From Octopus sinensis (lineage: Eukaryota): a stretch of 64,000 nucleotides of DNA. Numbering within the stretch: position 1 is the first letter of the stretch; every line of letters starts with the position of its first letter. Location of the stretch: contig NC_043009.1 in NCBI RefSeq assembly GCF_006345805.1, positions 20,274,001 to 20,338,000 of the forward strand, written 5' to 3'. The notes under the pieces are model-generated. The model was not told the DNA's origin, searched no databases, and saw nothing but the letters and a program-made list of their open reading frames with translations. The position numbers and the translations under genes were made by a program. This document shows, one piece after another, positions 22,990-37,156 of this stretch.

Positions 22990-24716
22990 TTATTTTATTT
23001 TATTTTATCTAGTTTCAGCTCACGAGCTGTGGCCATGCTGGGGCACTGTCATTTGGTGTTGCTACATAATTTTACTTCACGAATGCTTTTTAGCAATTGC
23101 CATTTGGTGCATGAGAGAGTTTGATGCAGCTGCCCTCATCTGCACCTCCTGCCATGAAGTTGGTTCATCTGGGACACCTGACAGGAAGAGATCCGGTTTT
23201 ATTTTAAAGACATCTGCGTCCACCCATGCCGGTCTCTCAGGTTCTTTGGGAGAGCTGTGAGCCTCTGAAGCCCAGGTTATCACAGTATCTTGTCCTACAT
23301 CTTGATGGCAAATTTGGAGTCCTTGGCACTATGCAGTGGCGCCCAGTTCTAGCATTTGTGTAACTCTCAATGCCAAAGTTTGGGACAAGTCCTTCTAGAA
23401 TCTTCCAGATGTATATTATGGCATATCTTTCTCGCCTATGCTCTAAGGAATAGAGTTTTAATCTCTTGTGTCTTTCCCAGTAGCTTGTATTCTGCATAGA
23501 GGCTATCTTCTTCGTGTAGCTACGTTGGATCGCCTCAAGTTCTGTGATCAACTTGACACTGGATGGAACATAGCTGCGAACAATAGTCAAAGTGGCTTAG
23601 GACAAGTGTCCTCCAGAGGACCATCATGGTTTCCTGGTCTCTTGTTCTAAAGGTTCTAAGAATCCATCCGGTCAGCCGCCTACATTTCATTGCCAATTTA
23701 GCAATATGCATCATCACTCATGTAAATACCCAGGTCTCGCACTGATTGTGCCTCTGGGATTGCAATCCCTCCAGGTCCAGTGTATTTATTGGGTATTACA
23801 TTTAGTTTTGCATGCTGATAGCATAAAGCTTGAAACTTTTCAGCATTGAACTGCATGCTATTCTTTTCAGCCCACTTGTATATTTTGTCCAGCTCACATT
23901 GCAGGTGCATAGTGTCTTCAAGGTTCTGTATTGCCTGTGAAACTTTTGTATCATCTGCATAACTTGTGATTGTGGCTCTCTGCATGGCTGAGGGCATGTC
24001 TGAGAGGGCCATTATGAATAGTAGTGGTCCCAAAACAGTGCCTTGTGGAACATCGCTCACTATTTGCGTGTTATTGGAAGTGACCCCATTGGCTACTACC
24101 ACCTGACTTCTATCCTTCAGAAAGTCATGAAGCCATTCTCCTAATTTTCCAACTATACCAAGATCATGCAGTCTATGACATATCATTCCATGATCGACTT
24201 TATCAAAGGCCTTTGCAAAGTCGAGATATATCACTTCCACATTTGAGTGGTTGAGCAGTCGTTTCAGCACCCAGTCGTAGTGTTGTAGGAGCTGAGTTAA
24301 GCAGCTTCTTCCTGGTCAGAAACCATGTTGGGTGTCAGGCAGCAAGTTATTTTCCTCAAGGAAGGTGATTAGTTTCCTTCTGACTATTCGTTCCATGACC
24401 TTGCTGATGTGTGAGGTCAGAGAGATAGGTCTGTAGTTCTTGGCCTCCACTCTGCTACCTCCATTATGAATAGGGCATATTTTACTTTCCTTCAGTTTCC
24501 TTGGAAGTTTGCCAGTTGCAAGGAAGCTCTGAAAGAGGAACTGCAGTGGTCTTGCTAGGACTCTCTTACATACATTTAGAAGGATTGCTGGGAATCCATC
24601 GGGGCCAGTAGCTGAGTTTGTTTTCATTTCATCTATAGCCTTTATTACATCGTCTTCCTTTATATTGATGTAATCAATCATCGCTGCCTCTGATTTTATA
24701 TTGTTGTCTGCAATAT
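22990..24716 (-). mobile_element. 5'-truncated CR1/L2-group LINE (RT domain, frameshifted) with 3' stem-loop and (TAAAA)n tail
   Basis: GPDGF, KNYRPISLTSHISKVMERI, QHGF..GRSC, YLDFAKAFDKVDH, VPQGTVLGPLLF, YADDTK, RDLGI; ORF broken into several frames. Confidence 0.93.
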
Positions 24717-24893
24717 ATAAAAATCTATCTATCTATCTATCTATCTATCTAAATAGATAGATAGATAGATTCATATAATATACACATGTATCTGCCAGAT
24801 CTGACTGGCCTGGTGCAGCCTTCGGGCTTGCCAGCCCCCAGTTGAACCGTCCAACCCATGCTAGCATGGAAAGCGGACGTTAAACGATGATGA

Positions 24894-24934
<41 letters not shown>

Positions 24935-24939
<5 letters not shown>

Positions 24940-25190
24940 GAAAAATACAAACTGGGACAAGAACGTAAAACATTTAGAAGACGATACAAAAAACACGGAC
25001 GGAACATTCGAAGCCTGGAATCTTCAGTAAAGAACCGGATCGTCCTCGCAATTTCGGCTGATTAATCTTGAGATCGCTCCGATCCGGCCAGCCCTAAGGA
25101 AAAACTAAGCTACGAGCATTAGATTTCTTGGAAAAAGGATCGAATGTATACGAAACAAGGACAGAAAAACGGACGATGCCACATATATAT
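24935..25190 (-). mobile_element. Unclassified CpG-containing interspersed repeat between (TA)n tracts (possibly a Penelope-like terminal repeat)
   Basis: Composition differs from the flanks and style resembles 57020-57200 and 59340-59530. Classification is inference only. Confidence 0.4.
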
Positions 25191-25974
25191 ATATATATAT
25201 GTATGTATATATACACACACACACACAGAGTGAGAGAGAGAGATGGTTACTTTTTTATCTCTTGTCATTTATCTTTTATTTGTTTCAGTCTTTGGACTCT
25301 GGCCATGCTGAGACTCCACTTTCAACGGTTTTAGTCAAATAAACCGAACCTTGGTCTTTATTTCTCTTTCTAAGCCTGATACTTAATGTATCGGTCTCTT
25401 TTACTGAACTGCTCAGTTACAGGGATATAAACAAACCAACACTGGTTATCAAGCTGAGGTGAGGGACAATCACAAAGGTAGACAAACACATAGACATATG
25501 CATATATATACATACACACACACAAAATCCATTCTGTTGCAGCAGAAAACCCTTACACAGTAGAACTGAACTCAGGATGGCATGATTGAGAAACCAGCCT
25601 CATAACCACTCAGCCTCTCCTAGAAGCATACACATTTGTGTATATATGTATATGTATGTGCCTGTGTGTGAGTGTTTGTGTCCCCATGTCTCCTCACAGA
25701 TGCCACATGGGCAGCGACAATGTTGTCCATGTCCTACATGAAAAATATATTTTACAGTTCAGTGATTCAACATGCGAAGACATGTTCACTTGGAAACAAG
25801 GAATGGTTGGTGTAGGGAAAAGTTGCCAAGAATAGAAAAGGACCTCAAGAAGTCCTGACCAACTGAAGTCAGCATGGAAAAAGTGGACAGAAAAGCATGG
25901 TGGTGGTAGTGGTGGTGGTGATGATCCTCTTCACCATTGTGGAGGTCGTGGTGACAGCAGTGATGATGATGACA

Positions 25975-26008
<34 letters not shown>

Positions 26009-26629
26009 CGACGACAATGACGAGGACGAGGACGACGATGATGATGATGATGAGGTATGATACACCACATCAAATTACTCCACTATTTTACCAGGTGCCA
26101 ACAGGCAGACACTTTATGTTCTTCCCAAAGTTCATTCACCTGAACCTATATTTAGAGCCAAAGACTTCAGCAATATTTACAGAAATAGCAGCCAAATGCT
26201 CCCTCAGTTACAATTTTCACTTTCAGCAAAGGGAACCAAAATTCCTGATTAATACAAAAGATCTGAAGCAAAGAGAGAGCTTTTGTATGCAATCTTGGCT
26301 TACTAGAAATAGCAACCAAATCTCCCTCAAATTGAACCTTAACATCTGAAACATGGACATTGGCTAATGTGATCCCAAGTGCATTATGCCTTAAGTATGA
26401 TGGAATGGTCATGACTGGAATACCTTTCATTATAGATTTACTCAACCAGGGCTGACCTGAAGCTAAAGAACAACCAAAGATTTGACCTTTTGTCAAAATA
26501 TAGTTTCATGAGAAGAATTTTTACTAAATAATTAACAAAATCAATATTATATCACAAAACTAATTGGATTCATTAATTATGAATCATAATCATTATGTGT
26601 AATTACATTGTAATATATTATTATTATTA

Positions 26630-26693
<64 letters not shown>

Positions 26694-27644
26694 CTTTTTG
26701 TGTCTTATCCCAGTTTCATGTTATTTCCAGCATGTAAACAAAGCTTTCTTAATTATGTCCACACAATTAATATAGTTTTGCAATATCCTTAATGAATTTT
26801 CTTGTTTTTACCAAATGAAGAAATGAGAAATGTAATTACTTTAGAAACTTCTATAAATCACCAATAAAGAACTTCTTGGTTCTGGTCTTTTTACTTCCAA
26901 TAAAACACAACACAACAAAATTTTTTAATCAAAATCTTTCTTTCCTCCTCAATTTTACTTTTCCCCTGAAATCTTTGTAATAAAAATTTTAAATGATAAT
27001 ATTTCCTGTTTCTTCTTTTCCTTCTTGTATCATCCAAAAGGGAAATCCAAAGACAAACTTCATCTGCCAAAGTATAGATTTCACTATAAATCATCTCAAG
27101 TCTAAATATCACATTTAAAAGTTACTCTTAGTCTTTGTTTCCGTTGGAAATCTTGGTCTCATTTTCTGATTAAAATAAAGGAAACATGAATTAGAGTGAC
27201 TCTTCAGAGCATCTCCCTTGCCCTCCTTTGGGGCAATATCATTTCCATTTCATCCACTGGGGCCATGAGGCAGACTGACAAACCTTTTTAGACAAACCCC
27301 TAAATTCATGAACAGGTGTCAACATGTCACACTTTATTATTTATTTATTGTTATTACTTTATGTCCTACAAGAAGAAAGGATGGCCATGCACCAGTTGAC
27401 CAGTCTCTGTTTTCAGACAAAGATTTTTCTTTAATTAGATTTCCATTTTATAACTAATCAAATCATTCCTTTCATTCTCTTTGACATCTGGCATTTCCAT
27501 AAAGTTTGGTGAACTACATCAAACGATGACACCCCACCCCATTCAACACTATCCAAGCTGCTATCACTGTTGGTCACACTGTAATATTGAAAGAGCCAAC
27601 AAATCAGCCATTTATATTTCTTCAATTCTTCAGCTACATGGCTG

Positions 27645-27686
<42 letters not shown>

Positions 27687-28982
27687 ATTGATAATATCAA
27701 AGGGTAATCAGAAATATTAGAAATTTCATTTACCAGTGGCCTAGCATGTAAATATTTAGTCAATAGACTATATATTATTCATATAAATACAGTGTACATT
27801 TAAGCACATAAGAAGCATCCATCACAGGACTGGTCTGGAATTTAACTGTTCTCTCTAGCATGCAAGGAGAACTGAATGGATGCCTCATGCATGCCTTGCC
27901 TTGGCATTTCATGGCAGCTATAAACAAGTGTGACCATTAAGCAAGTCAACCAGTCACCCAAGAACAGGAACTGTCACTTTCACAGACTTCCACTCAATCC
28001 CTGTCTACAAAATTTCATTCCCAAAGCTTTAATCACTCCTCAGATTTGGTAAGAGACACTTGCCCACAGTGTTGTGGAGTGATATTCCAACATGAAACCC
28101 TGCTGCTGTAGCAACCTTTGCTACAGCAGCAGGGTTTCACAAACACAAACCAGTTAGGAACTTGTTGCCATTTTTATTGTTGCTGTTGTTACTGCTGCTG
28201 CTGCTTAACTCTAGGTTTGACCAATAATGATAATTTAATAACATTGAGACATCATCATGGAAATATTGGTGAGATGTGGCAGGTATTCTTTCTCTTCATA
28301 TTGACACAACAGAAAAGCTGAAACCAATTTTCACAAACTTCAATTCTTTATTAATATTTCCTGTCATCAAAGAATTCTCTGCAATTTCCTGCTGGAATAA
28401 CCAAGACTTGTGAAATGATGTGTTTCCTTAAGGTCACAACTCTTATGACAAGAAATGCAACTATATCTTGCAAACCATACCAATTCCTGGCCCTCAAATA
28501 AGGCCTTGGGGTCTTTATCTTCATTATCTTTATGGAACAGAGTCCGTAATCTGATCTCGTGACTTACTAAATATCTTCTCCATTTATTAACTCCAGCAAC
28601 GATGTCAGCTGCAGGAATCTGCTTATTATTACCTTAAAATTAACCTAACGTTTATCTTTTATCTTTAACTTATCTGCCAGTCTTGTCTTCTGCAGCTAAT
28701 TTATTCTCTTCAACTTATAAACAAGACATTCTTTTCTACATTTCTCTTACACTGTTATGGCCTCCATTTTTAAAGATTTCCATCTGATATATCACGTTAC
28801 ACCTCCAACATTCCACAAACCTCACATCTCTCTCTCTCTCTCTTTCTCTCTCTCTCCCTCTCTCACGTTGCACATAGAACACTATGTCTGCTCATACATC
28901 TGACACTGTTTCCTTGCATTCCCAACTGTTCATTACTTCGATCAACCCAGTGGTTTATTAATAAGTAAAATAATTATAATTA

Positions 28983-30230
28983 TTGGGTCATCTCATGAAT
29001 AATGCGCTTTCTTTCAATTGCTGGAACTGAAAGTTGGAAGGGGACGGGATAAACTACCTGCATCAACTTGCTATAAAAGCAGGTAGTAATTTTACCTTGT
29101 ACTTATTCTTAGTGCAAGTTTTGAAGAGTGCAGTTCGATTTTAACAGTTACTTTTTCAAAGCTATAATGGAAGTGACAAAGGAGCATATTCAACATATTT
29201 TGCTTTATGAGTTCAACAAAGACAACAACGCAATGGAAAGTGTGAGGCATATTAATGCAGTATATAGGGATCGGACAATAAGCATAAGCCAGTGTCAACG
29301 GTGGTTCCAGAAATTCCAAGCCACAAACCGCAGCCTAGAAGATGTGCTTCGTCCTGGAATATCTGTAGAACTTGACGAGGAGGTCCTGCAAACCCTGGTA
29401 GAGCAAAATCCCATCATAACTGTTGAGAAACTAGCAGAGAAGCATGGATTTGGTCATTCAACCATTCATCGATACCTGCCATCGGAAAAGTCAGCAAGTT
29501 GGGTCAGTGGGTTCCCACAAACTTTCTGAGTCTAATCACGCACAGAGAGTGAATATGTGCCCTTCTTTGCTGTTTCATCTCACGAATGAACCTTTTTTTG
29601 GACTGGTGATGAGAAATGGGTTCTCTATAAAAATATCAAGCACCAAAGACAGTGGCTAGGGAAAGGAGGAACACTGGCAAACCAGCCTAAAGAAGGTCTT
29701 CACCCATGTAAGGTTTTGTTATCTGTTTGGTAAGATATGAGGGGCTTAGTACACTTTGAACTTTTAATCTCAAACCAAATGATAACAAAGGAAATCTACT
29801 GTGAACAGTTTGAGTGGCTTAACTCAGCGATAGATGGAAAACGACTATCTTTGGTTTCAAGACGAAAGGTGTTCTTCCATCAGGATAATGCTTGACCACA
29901 TACAGTGAGGATGACATTACAAAGGCTGGAGCAGTTTGAATGGGAAACGATGCCCCACCCACCATATTTGCCGGACTCTGCAATCTTCAAAATCATTTGG
30001 ATGGAAAAAATTTGAATTCTGTAGACAAGGTCAGAACAGTACTGGAGGAGTATTTTTCGTCACGGACAAGTGAATGTTGGGAGAGGAGCCTTGCAAGTCT
30101 ACCAGACAGATGGAAGGTCATTGTAGGGAATGAAGGAGAGTATATTTTAGATTAAAAAAGAACTTTGTTTATCTGAATTTTAAAAAATAAAAGAAGTATA
30201 AGAAACCACATTATTTACGGGATGACCCAA
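28983..30230 (+). mobile_element. Full-length but inactivated mariner (DD34D-type) transposon, 1248 bp, TA target duplication
   Basis: TA-TTGGGTCATCTCATGAATAATGCG ... CACATTATTTACGGGATGACCCAA-TA imperfect TIRs. Transposase from ATG 29167 (MEVTKEHIQHILLYEF), WVPHKLS-like motif, GDEKW, HQDNA; stops, frameshifts and a deletion in the YSPDLAP region. Confidence 0.93.
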
Positions 30231-32237
30231 TATATTTTATTGTAACTAAAGCTATATTCATTTCTTCCCAGTGGAAATTTTATATTAAGAAAGCAAGGAA
30301 TGAGTAAATATAAGAAGGAAAAATCATCTGGGTTTGTGGAATGGTTGTATCGAAGTCTCTCTCCCTTTCTCACTCTCTCCCTCTCTCCCTCTCTCTCTAT
30401 ATATTTATATATATATATATATATATTTGTGCAGTGTTATGCATACATACATTTATATGTATACACTCACACACATACACCTACATATATACACAAACAA
30501 ACACTTCACTGGTGGTGGCTGTAGTAGTGGTGGTGGTGGATCTGTTATGGTATAAAGTTTCCAAAAGTTTATTTTTAAATATTCTTTATTGTGATTTTAA
30601 TGTCAAAATGTCTGCTCTGAATTTATTGTTAATAAGATTAGAGTATTCCTGAGAAACTCTTCTCGCTATTAACCTCATCTCTGCTGATTAAACCATGTCA
30701 AAAATCTCTACATCTCTGCTTGACAACTGATGTTGGTTTGTTTACATCCCTGTTATGTTTCCGTCAGTTTGATCTTTGATCCTCATCAGTTGTCTTGTTT
30801 CTCAGGATGTGGACATAATTCCAGGCTGGAGTTGAACTGAGAGTCTTCCAAAGCATAGCAACAAGACTATTCTCCAGGCCATTGCTACACATAAAGCAAA
30901 GACAGCTGATCATCTGCAAAGATCACAGTAATATGGCCATAAATATTGGTCCCTGATTTTGGCACAAGGTCAGCGATTTTTGCGGGGAAGGGGTAAGTTG
31001 ATTACATCAGTCCCAGTACATGACTGGTATCTATTTTATCAACCCCAAAAGGATGAAAGGCCAAGTCAACCTCTGTGGAATTTGAACTCAGAATGTAATG
31101 ATGGACAAAATGCTGCTAATGATTCTGCCAGCTTATGGTATAGGTACAGGTATGGCTTTATAGTAGAGGTATGGCTTTAGGTGCAGGTATAAATGTATGG
31201 TAGAAAAATTTGCTTCCTACACGTAGTCTTGGGTTCAGTCCTACTGTGTTGCACTTTGAGCAAGTGTCTTCCAGGGCCGACCAAAACCTTGTCAGTGGAT
31301 CTGATAGACAGAAACTAAAAGAAGCTTGTCTCTTGCGCGCGCGTGTGTGTGTATGCATGAATGTGTGTCTTTGAGTTAGTGTTTGTTAAGCCTTCACTGC
31401 TTGACAACTGGTTTCGGTTTGTTTGCATCCTTGTAACTTAGCAGTCTGGAAAAATAAGAAACTGCCAGAAATAAGTCCTGGGGTTGATGTCTTCAACTAA
31501 ACCCTTCAAGGCATTGCACCAGCATGGTCATAGTCCAAAGAAAGCAAGTAAATGAGAAAAGATATATTTAATCTCTTTGTGACAATTTAAGGGACCAAAA
31601 AATGGTGTCTGAAATGTTATTGTGGTTTAATCCTGGGAAAACTCTAATCAAACAGACCTATGATCAAATGCATGCCATCTATGACCATCTCATCTTTTTG
31701 GGGTAGGGATTTAAGAATGGCTACATTCAATAGTTAAACTTTTTCCTTATATAACAGTTGGATGTGGTTTGAAAGTGATGTAGCTATTCTTTTTAGCAGG
31801 TCAAGTGTCCCTGTAGAGGCTACCTTGTCAGCTAAGATTGTTTCAAGTGATGTTCAAAGTGTCCCCTTTTTCTCAGTGCTTCTATTTTTGTTCTTGTCTC
31901 TTAGTAGAGTAATTCCCACACTTGACATCAACCTAATTAATTAAAAGTGATTAAGCCAAGTTAAATCTCTGATTGACGGGCTGCAATTTATCCAGAACAT
32001 GGCAAAGATGTTTTCGTTCCTTGTAACAGTTACACCCAAAACTGTTTACTCAAAGCAGTAATTAGATGAACACCAGCACAATATTTTGGCAATTGAGACT
32101 CACCTGAAACTAATTAGGTCGCACACAATATTTGATTTTAATTAGAAATACAATTCTTAACTAATATATTAACTTAGAAGATAAGATTTTCTGAGTTTTT
32201 GTGATATTTCTAATTTGAAACATTTACACATATGTAT

Positions 32238-32281
<44 letters not shown>

Positions 32282-33384
32282 AATTTGTATGTGTATAAGT
32301 GTGTGTGTGTATGTGTGTGTGTATGGTATAGTGACTGTGAGATTTGATATGTATAGGTGTGTGTATGAGTGTGAGTGTTTCTGTGCATGAGTGTGTGTGT
32401 GTATGTGTGTGTGTATGTCTGTGTATGAGTGTGTGTGTATGAGTGTGTGCGTGTGTGTGTATGTGTGTGGGTGTGTTTATGGTACAGTGGCCATAAGATT
32501 TGATCATTGTGCCAAAGGCTTTATGGTTCAAATCTTGGCATTGTTTTGCATCCCTGTGAAGGTGTGTGGCCACCAAGACTTTTCATCTCATGATCACAAG
32601 GTTGTGGGTTCCACTCCTGGATGGGGTAATGTGCTGTGTCCTTGTGCAACACACTTTATTTTACATTGCTCCAGTTTGCTCAGCTGTGATGAGTACCAAC
32701 CAGTGGATGATGGAACCATCTCTCTTTCCTGCTGCTACCTTCTCAATATTTACTTGGTCAAGGATGAGAAAAGAGCAGGAGGATGTCTATAATAATAATG
32801 AAGTTACTGTGTACAGTGCTCAGGTGCATTACAATTCATCAAAGGTGCACATACAGTCCATAGGATTATGTGCAAAAGTCAGGAAAGGGAACAGTGTATG
32901 AGTCATGATAGACATGTGTACATACGTATAGAGGGGAAGGGGATATCAGGTGTGGTGTTGGTGAGTTTCAGGATGCACGGAGGTTTTAAAGGATGCAATG
33001 TCTCGGCAACTAACAACTGATGCAGGTTGTTTGTTCCATTCTTCAGCAATTCTGAGTGTGAAGAAATATTTCCGATAGACATGGGAGCTGTGTTATTTTC
33101 TGATTTTGTTGGCCTGCCCACATGTGTTGGAAACATGGAGCTCAAAAAGGTGCTCAAGGTGGTTGTTGGCACGATGGTTAATAATTTTGTGGGTATTTAT
33201 CTTCAACATCCAGTGACTCCAGAAGATCCTACCAGTTACTTAGCAACATAAGACTCCACACTCAGAAGCAATAACCATTGCATCACAACCATCTGCCAGG
33301 AACCCACACTATACGGGCTAAGATTGCTACATGTCTAAACATGTAGTGTACATGTTTAATTCACATGTTCCCCTAGGATCAATG

Positions 33385-33560
33385 CCTGGCTGGAGGACGA
33401 AAGAAGCAGTTCAAAGACCAGCTGAAGACCACTTTGAAGAGGAACAACATCAATCCCCACCAAGGAAGAAGACATCTCAACCTGTTGTTCCTTGTTTGAG
33501 TTGGTGGAAGATGTTGAAAATATGGAAGAGAAACATTGTCAGAAGAAATGAAAGAGATGT
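33385..33560 (+). mobile_element. Degraded RTE LINE C-terminal fragment
   Basis: Translates GGRKKQFKDQLKTTLKRNNINP, matching the RTE GGQxKRxKDxLKxxLK motif. Confidence 0.65.
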
Positions 33561-33820
33561 GGGCAAGAGGGGTTAGGGTCCCCCGGCACCATGACCAAAG
33601 TTGCAGATCATGGTTTTTCCATATAAGCACAAGCTGAGAGAGGACATATTTCAGACAAGATTTTACAAACAAATGCTCTTACTATCATAAACCCCTCTAC
33701 CTTTACCTTCTTTTAAAGTAAAGGTTTTTTTTATTTCACTGGATTTTGAAAGGGCAGCCAGACTGGTCATGTTGTCAACAAGAGATATATACATCATATC
33801 ACTGTTTTGCTCAAAACAGT

Positions 33821-33871
<51 letters not shown>

Positions 33872-36800
33872 ACACTTAAATATATATATAGTTTTTGCAT
33901 TTGGCTTGCAAGATTCCTTATGTGAACTCATGCGTTGAAACACATTTTGTTATATCTTGGGGATGGGGTCATTATACTAATAGTATACACACACTGATAC
34001 AATTTCACTTCTTTATTTTTAGTCAGTTGATTAACTATTTAACTAATCAGTCACTTGCTTAACTGACTGATTAAGCAAGTGATCAATTAGTTGTTTGGTT
34101 AAATAACTAATCAATTGACTAATAATAAAGGAGTTAAATTGAACCAGAGGGTGTGCTTCCCAAGATACAGCAATCTACATGCATATTGTGATAGGAACCA
34201 CATCAGGATTGTGCAACCATGCTAAATTGTGCAATCATGCAACACAGAAATCTGAGTTGGATCGTGTTAAGACTGTAATTTAGTGAACCTTCTCTATGGA
34301 GGTTGACCAGACTTCAAATGGTATCCGACTGTGACTAGCACAGTCGGGTACCAATTTCAGCAACTCTATATCAATGACTTCAGGATCCAATGTCCAACTA
34401 GGATCAAAAGTTGTGCTCTTGGAACTGGGACCATTTTGGATTTGCTTGGCTGGAGTCCAGGAGGTTCCATTGCCTCTTTGCAATTCTCCAACCGATTGCC
34501 CTAGCAAGTTAAATGCAGGTTGATAGAAACACCTTTAGGATTCACAGCACCATCAGCATTTAAAAAACTGGGACCAGCTGCTGCCTAAAGATCAGAGGTA
34601 CATCATTTGGGAGGTGGGTCTGTGGGACCATCTGTTGAACAAAGAGAGATAACTTCATGAAATTAAGAAAAAATTTCTGAAAATTAATTTACTTATTTAG
34701 AAGAAGAAAAGTTTGATTTTTATTTACAGGCAAGGGAAGTAACTGTAAACATCTTCCAGTATATTCACCTTCATCAGCATGGAGTGTATTATTATAGTCA
34801 AGCTTGTATTCCTTCCTTCCTTGGTTGCTGCTTGTCTGGGGTGCTGTCATGAGATACAGCATATCTTAGATATTTGAAATGCTATGGAGTTCACCTCTCT
34901 CTACACAACTGCTTTCTTCCAGTGAGAAAGAAAGAGGAACTCAAAGAACACAAATTGCCCCCAATACTGAATGGAAGGCAAAGTTGATCTTGGTGTAGTT
35001 TGAACACAGAGAGCAGAGTGTTGGAACAAATAACACAAAGCATTCTGTCTGGTGCTCTACAAACTCTGCTTACAAATTGCTTATAATCTGTTATGCATAT
35101 TATTGTTGTTGTTGTTGTTGCAGTGTTGTGCTGTTGTTATACATCATTGTTGTTACTATATATTGCAGTTGTAATTATACATTGTAATTAATTAATGATG
35201 CAGTAATTATTAATTGAAGTTCATTGAAGACTTAATGGAAGCTACTTTATGTCGTTAGTTGATTGGTTGTTTAACGAGACTTGGGGGTAACTTATTGAAA
35301 ATGTTACACACCTCAACAGGTTCTCTTGATACTTTCACACAGTTAGTGTGGGTTTTTGGATACATTTGTTTCAAATGAAGAAAAGCTAATCAAGAACTAA
35401 TGAATAATATTTTTGTTAATTATCATCAGTCACTCTAAAGTCTGTTAATATCCTCCCGATAAAAAATTTTCCAAGATAGGGATCAGAATTTTAATCTGGA
35501 TTCAGTTTTCATATCAGTAAGGTGTACTCTCCATTTCTGAGATGAGTTGTGATAAATATATTTGAAACAACTCACAAAATCAATGCAAATAATAGCCATA
35601 CCCAACATTGACTTAATCCTAGTTAATCAGCTTAAATTAACACTAAATCTAAAGTAATAGATATATTAATATTAAAGATTTTCTATCATATTGTATCTTC
35701 TGAACACACCTGCATAAGTCTGGTAACTCCACCTAGACTTTAAAGGGAGGCTTACCAATAGTTTTCTTATGAAAGCCATGTCACTGATTAAAACTAATCT
35801 AATACCTTTAAAGGTGAGATGATTAATCTTAATGTCAGCAAGGTTAGTTTAAAGTTTTAACATCATGTTTAACACTGATATTCAGCAGGGAGGGAAAGCA
35901 CACTGCTGTATCCACATTTTAACCTCAACTATACCAAGGTGCATCATCAAAGAATAGAAAAAATTACATTAAACATTAAAATTTTCTCTTTATCATTTTT
36001 TCTTTTATAATTTGAAGAGATGGAAATTTTTTGGTAAAGCAAGCTATGGAATATTTAGAGATTTCACAATATATTCTCTTACGGTTCCATTGCACTCTTT
36101 GGTCAGATAAGTTATTTTTATTGCCACAGTGCACTAAGCTGACAGCAGGTCTTATTTTCACTTTCCAGTTTTGGGTTTCAATATTTTTGTAAAAATCAGG
36201 GAAAGTGTGTCACAGACTGTCGAAGTGTGTTCTTCTTGAGGTTGGCATCATCCCCATTGAAACCTTGTTTTTAGGGTGTTCACCAAAAGTCTTCTTTTGT
36301 AGGGGACAAAAATGACATCCAGAGGATTGTTAATCAATCTTAAATCAGCAATAGTTAAAGAGTAATGATTAAAGTGTGATTAAAGGGGCTCCAGCCATGA
36401 CCACCCCTTTTTATTCAAACTGTATCCAAGACTACATTATTCAAAGTGTTCTACATTTTGGAAGACACTAGGGTGTGATTTAAGGTATTTTGACTGCTAT
36501 TTCTCGCCGGTTCAGCGACCATGTCAAGTATTCTTTATTCATTTGTGATACTCTGATACTCTTAGAGAATGTATTTCCATAGTGGTTCTAGTCATTAAGC
36601 TGTGATCCACTTTGGTGGAAAGAGGGACACAACCTCTCCAGGTGTCAAGCAGCTATAATCACTTTGCTTTTACATGTGTGTGTGTGTGTGTGTGTGTGTA
36701 TGTAGCCTGTGTAGGTGTATAGATTTTGCATATTAATAAAAAGAGGAAGGTAGTCAGGATTTAGATAAATATCGCTTATTGAGCCCTTTCCTGCTATTCA

Positions 36801-37156
36801 GGAAATCTTCATCCTCATCATCGTCGGTTAACGTCCGCTTTACATGTTGGCATGGGTTGGACAGTTTGACTGAGGACTGGCAAGCCAGAAGACTGTACCA
36901 GGCTCTAAGCTGATCTGGCAAGGTTTCTACGGCTGGATGTCCTTCCAAATGCCTACCACTCCGAGAGTGTAGTGGGTGCTTTTTATGTGCCACTGGCATG
37001 AGGGCCAGTCAGGAGGCACTGACAATTACTACACTCAAATGGTGCTTTTATTGTGCCACCTGCACAAGGGCCAGTCAGGCAGCACTGGCAACAACCATAC
37101 TTGAGCGGTGCTTTTTACGTGACACCGGGTTGGGAGCTAGTCAAATATGTATATAG

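Noticed and set aside
24995-25035. Hammerhead-like CTGAAGA...CGAAT on the minus strand
   Set aside because: GAAA box is GAAT and stem II does not close.
30755-30800. Minus-strand CTGATGAGGATCAAAGATCAAAC hammerhead-like string
   Set aside because: Lacks the G of GAAA and there is no stem I partner or cleavage triplet.
34603-34631. Possible minus-strand terminal exon (DGPTDPPPK*) behind a good acceptor (ctctctttgttcaacag)
   Set aside because: Only 9 codons with no linked upstream exon or homology; unsupported without RNA data.
36083-36292. Minus-strand frame KTFGEHPK...FDSL*HTFPDF...VQWN ending at a gtaaga donor; considered as a UGA-readthrough or selenoprotein exon
   Set aside because: In-frame TGA, no recognisable selenoprotein motif or SECIS, weak acceptor.
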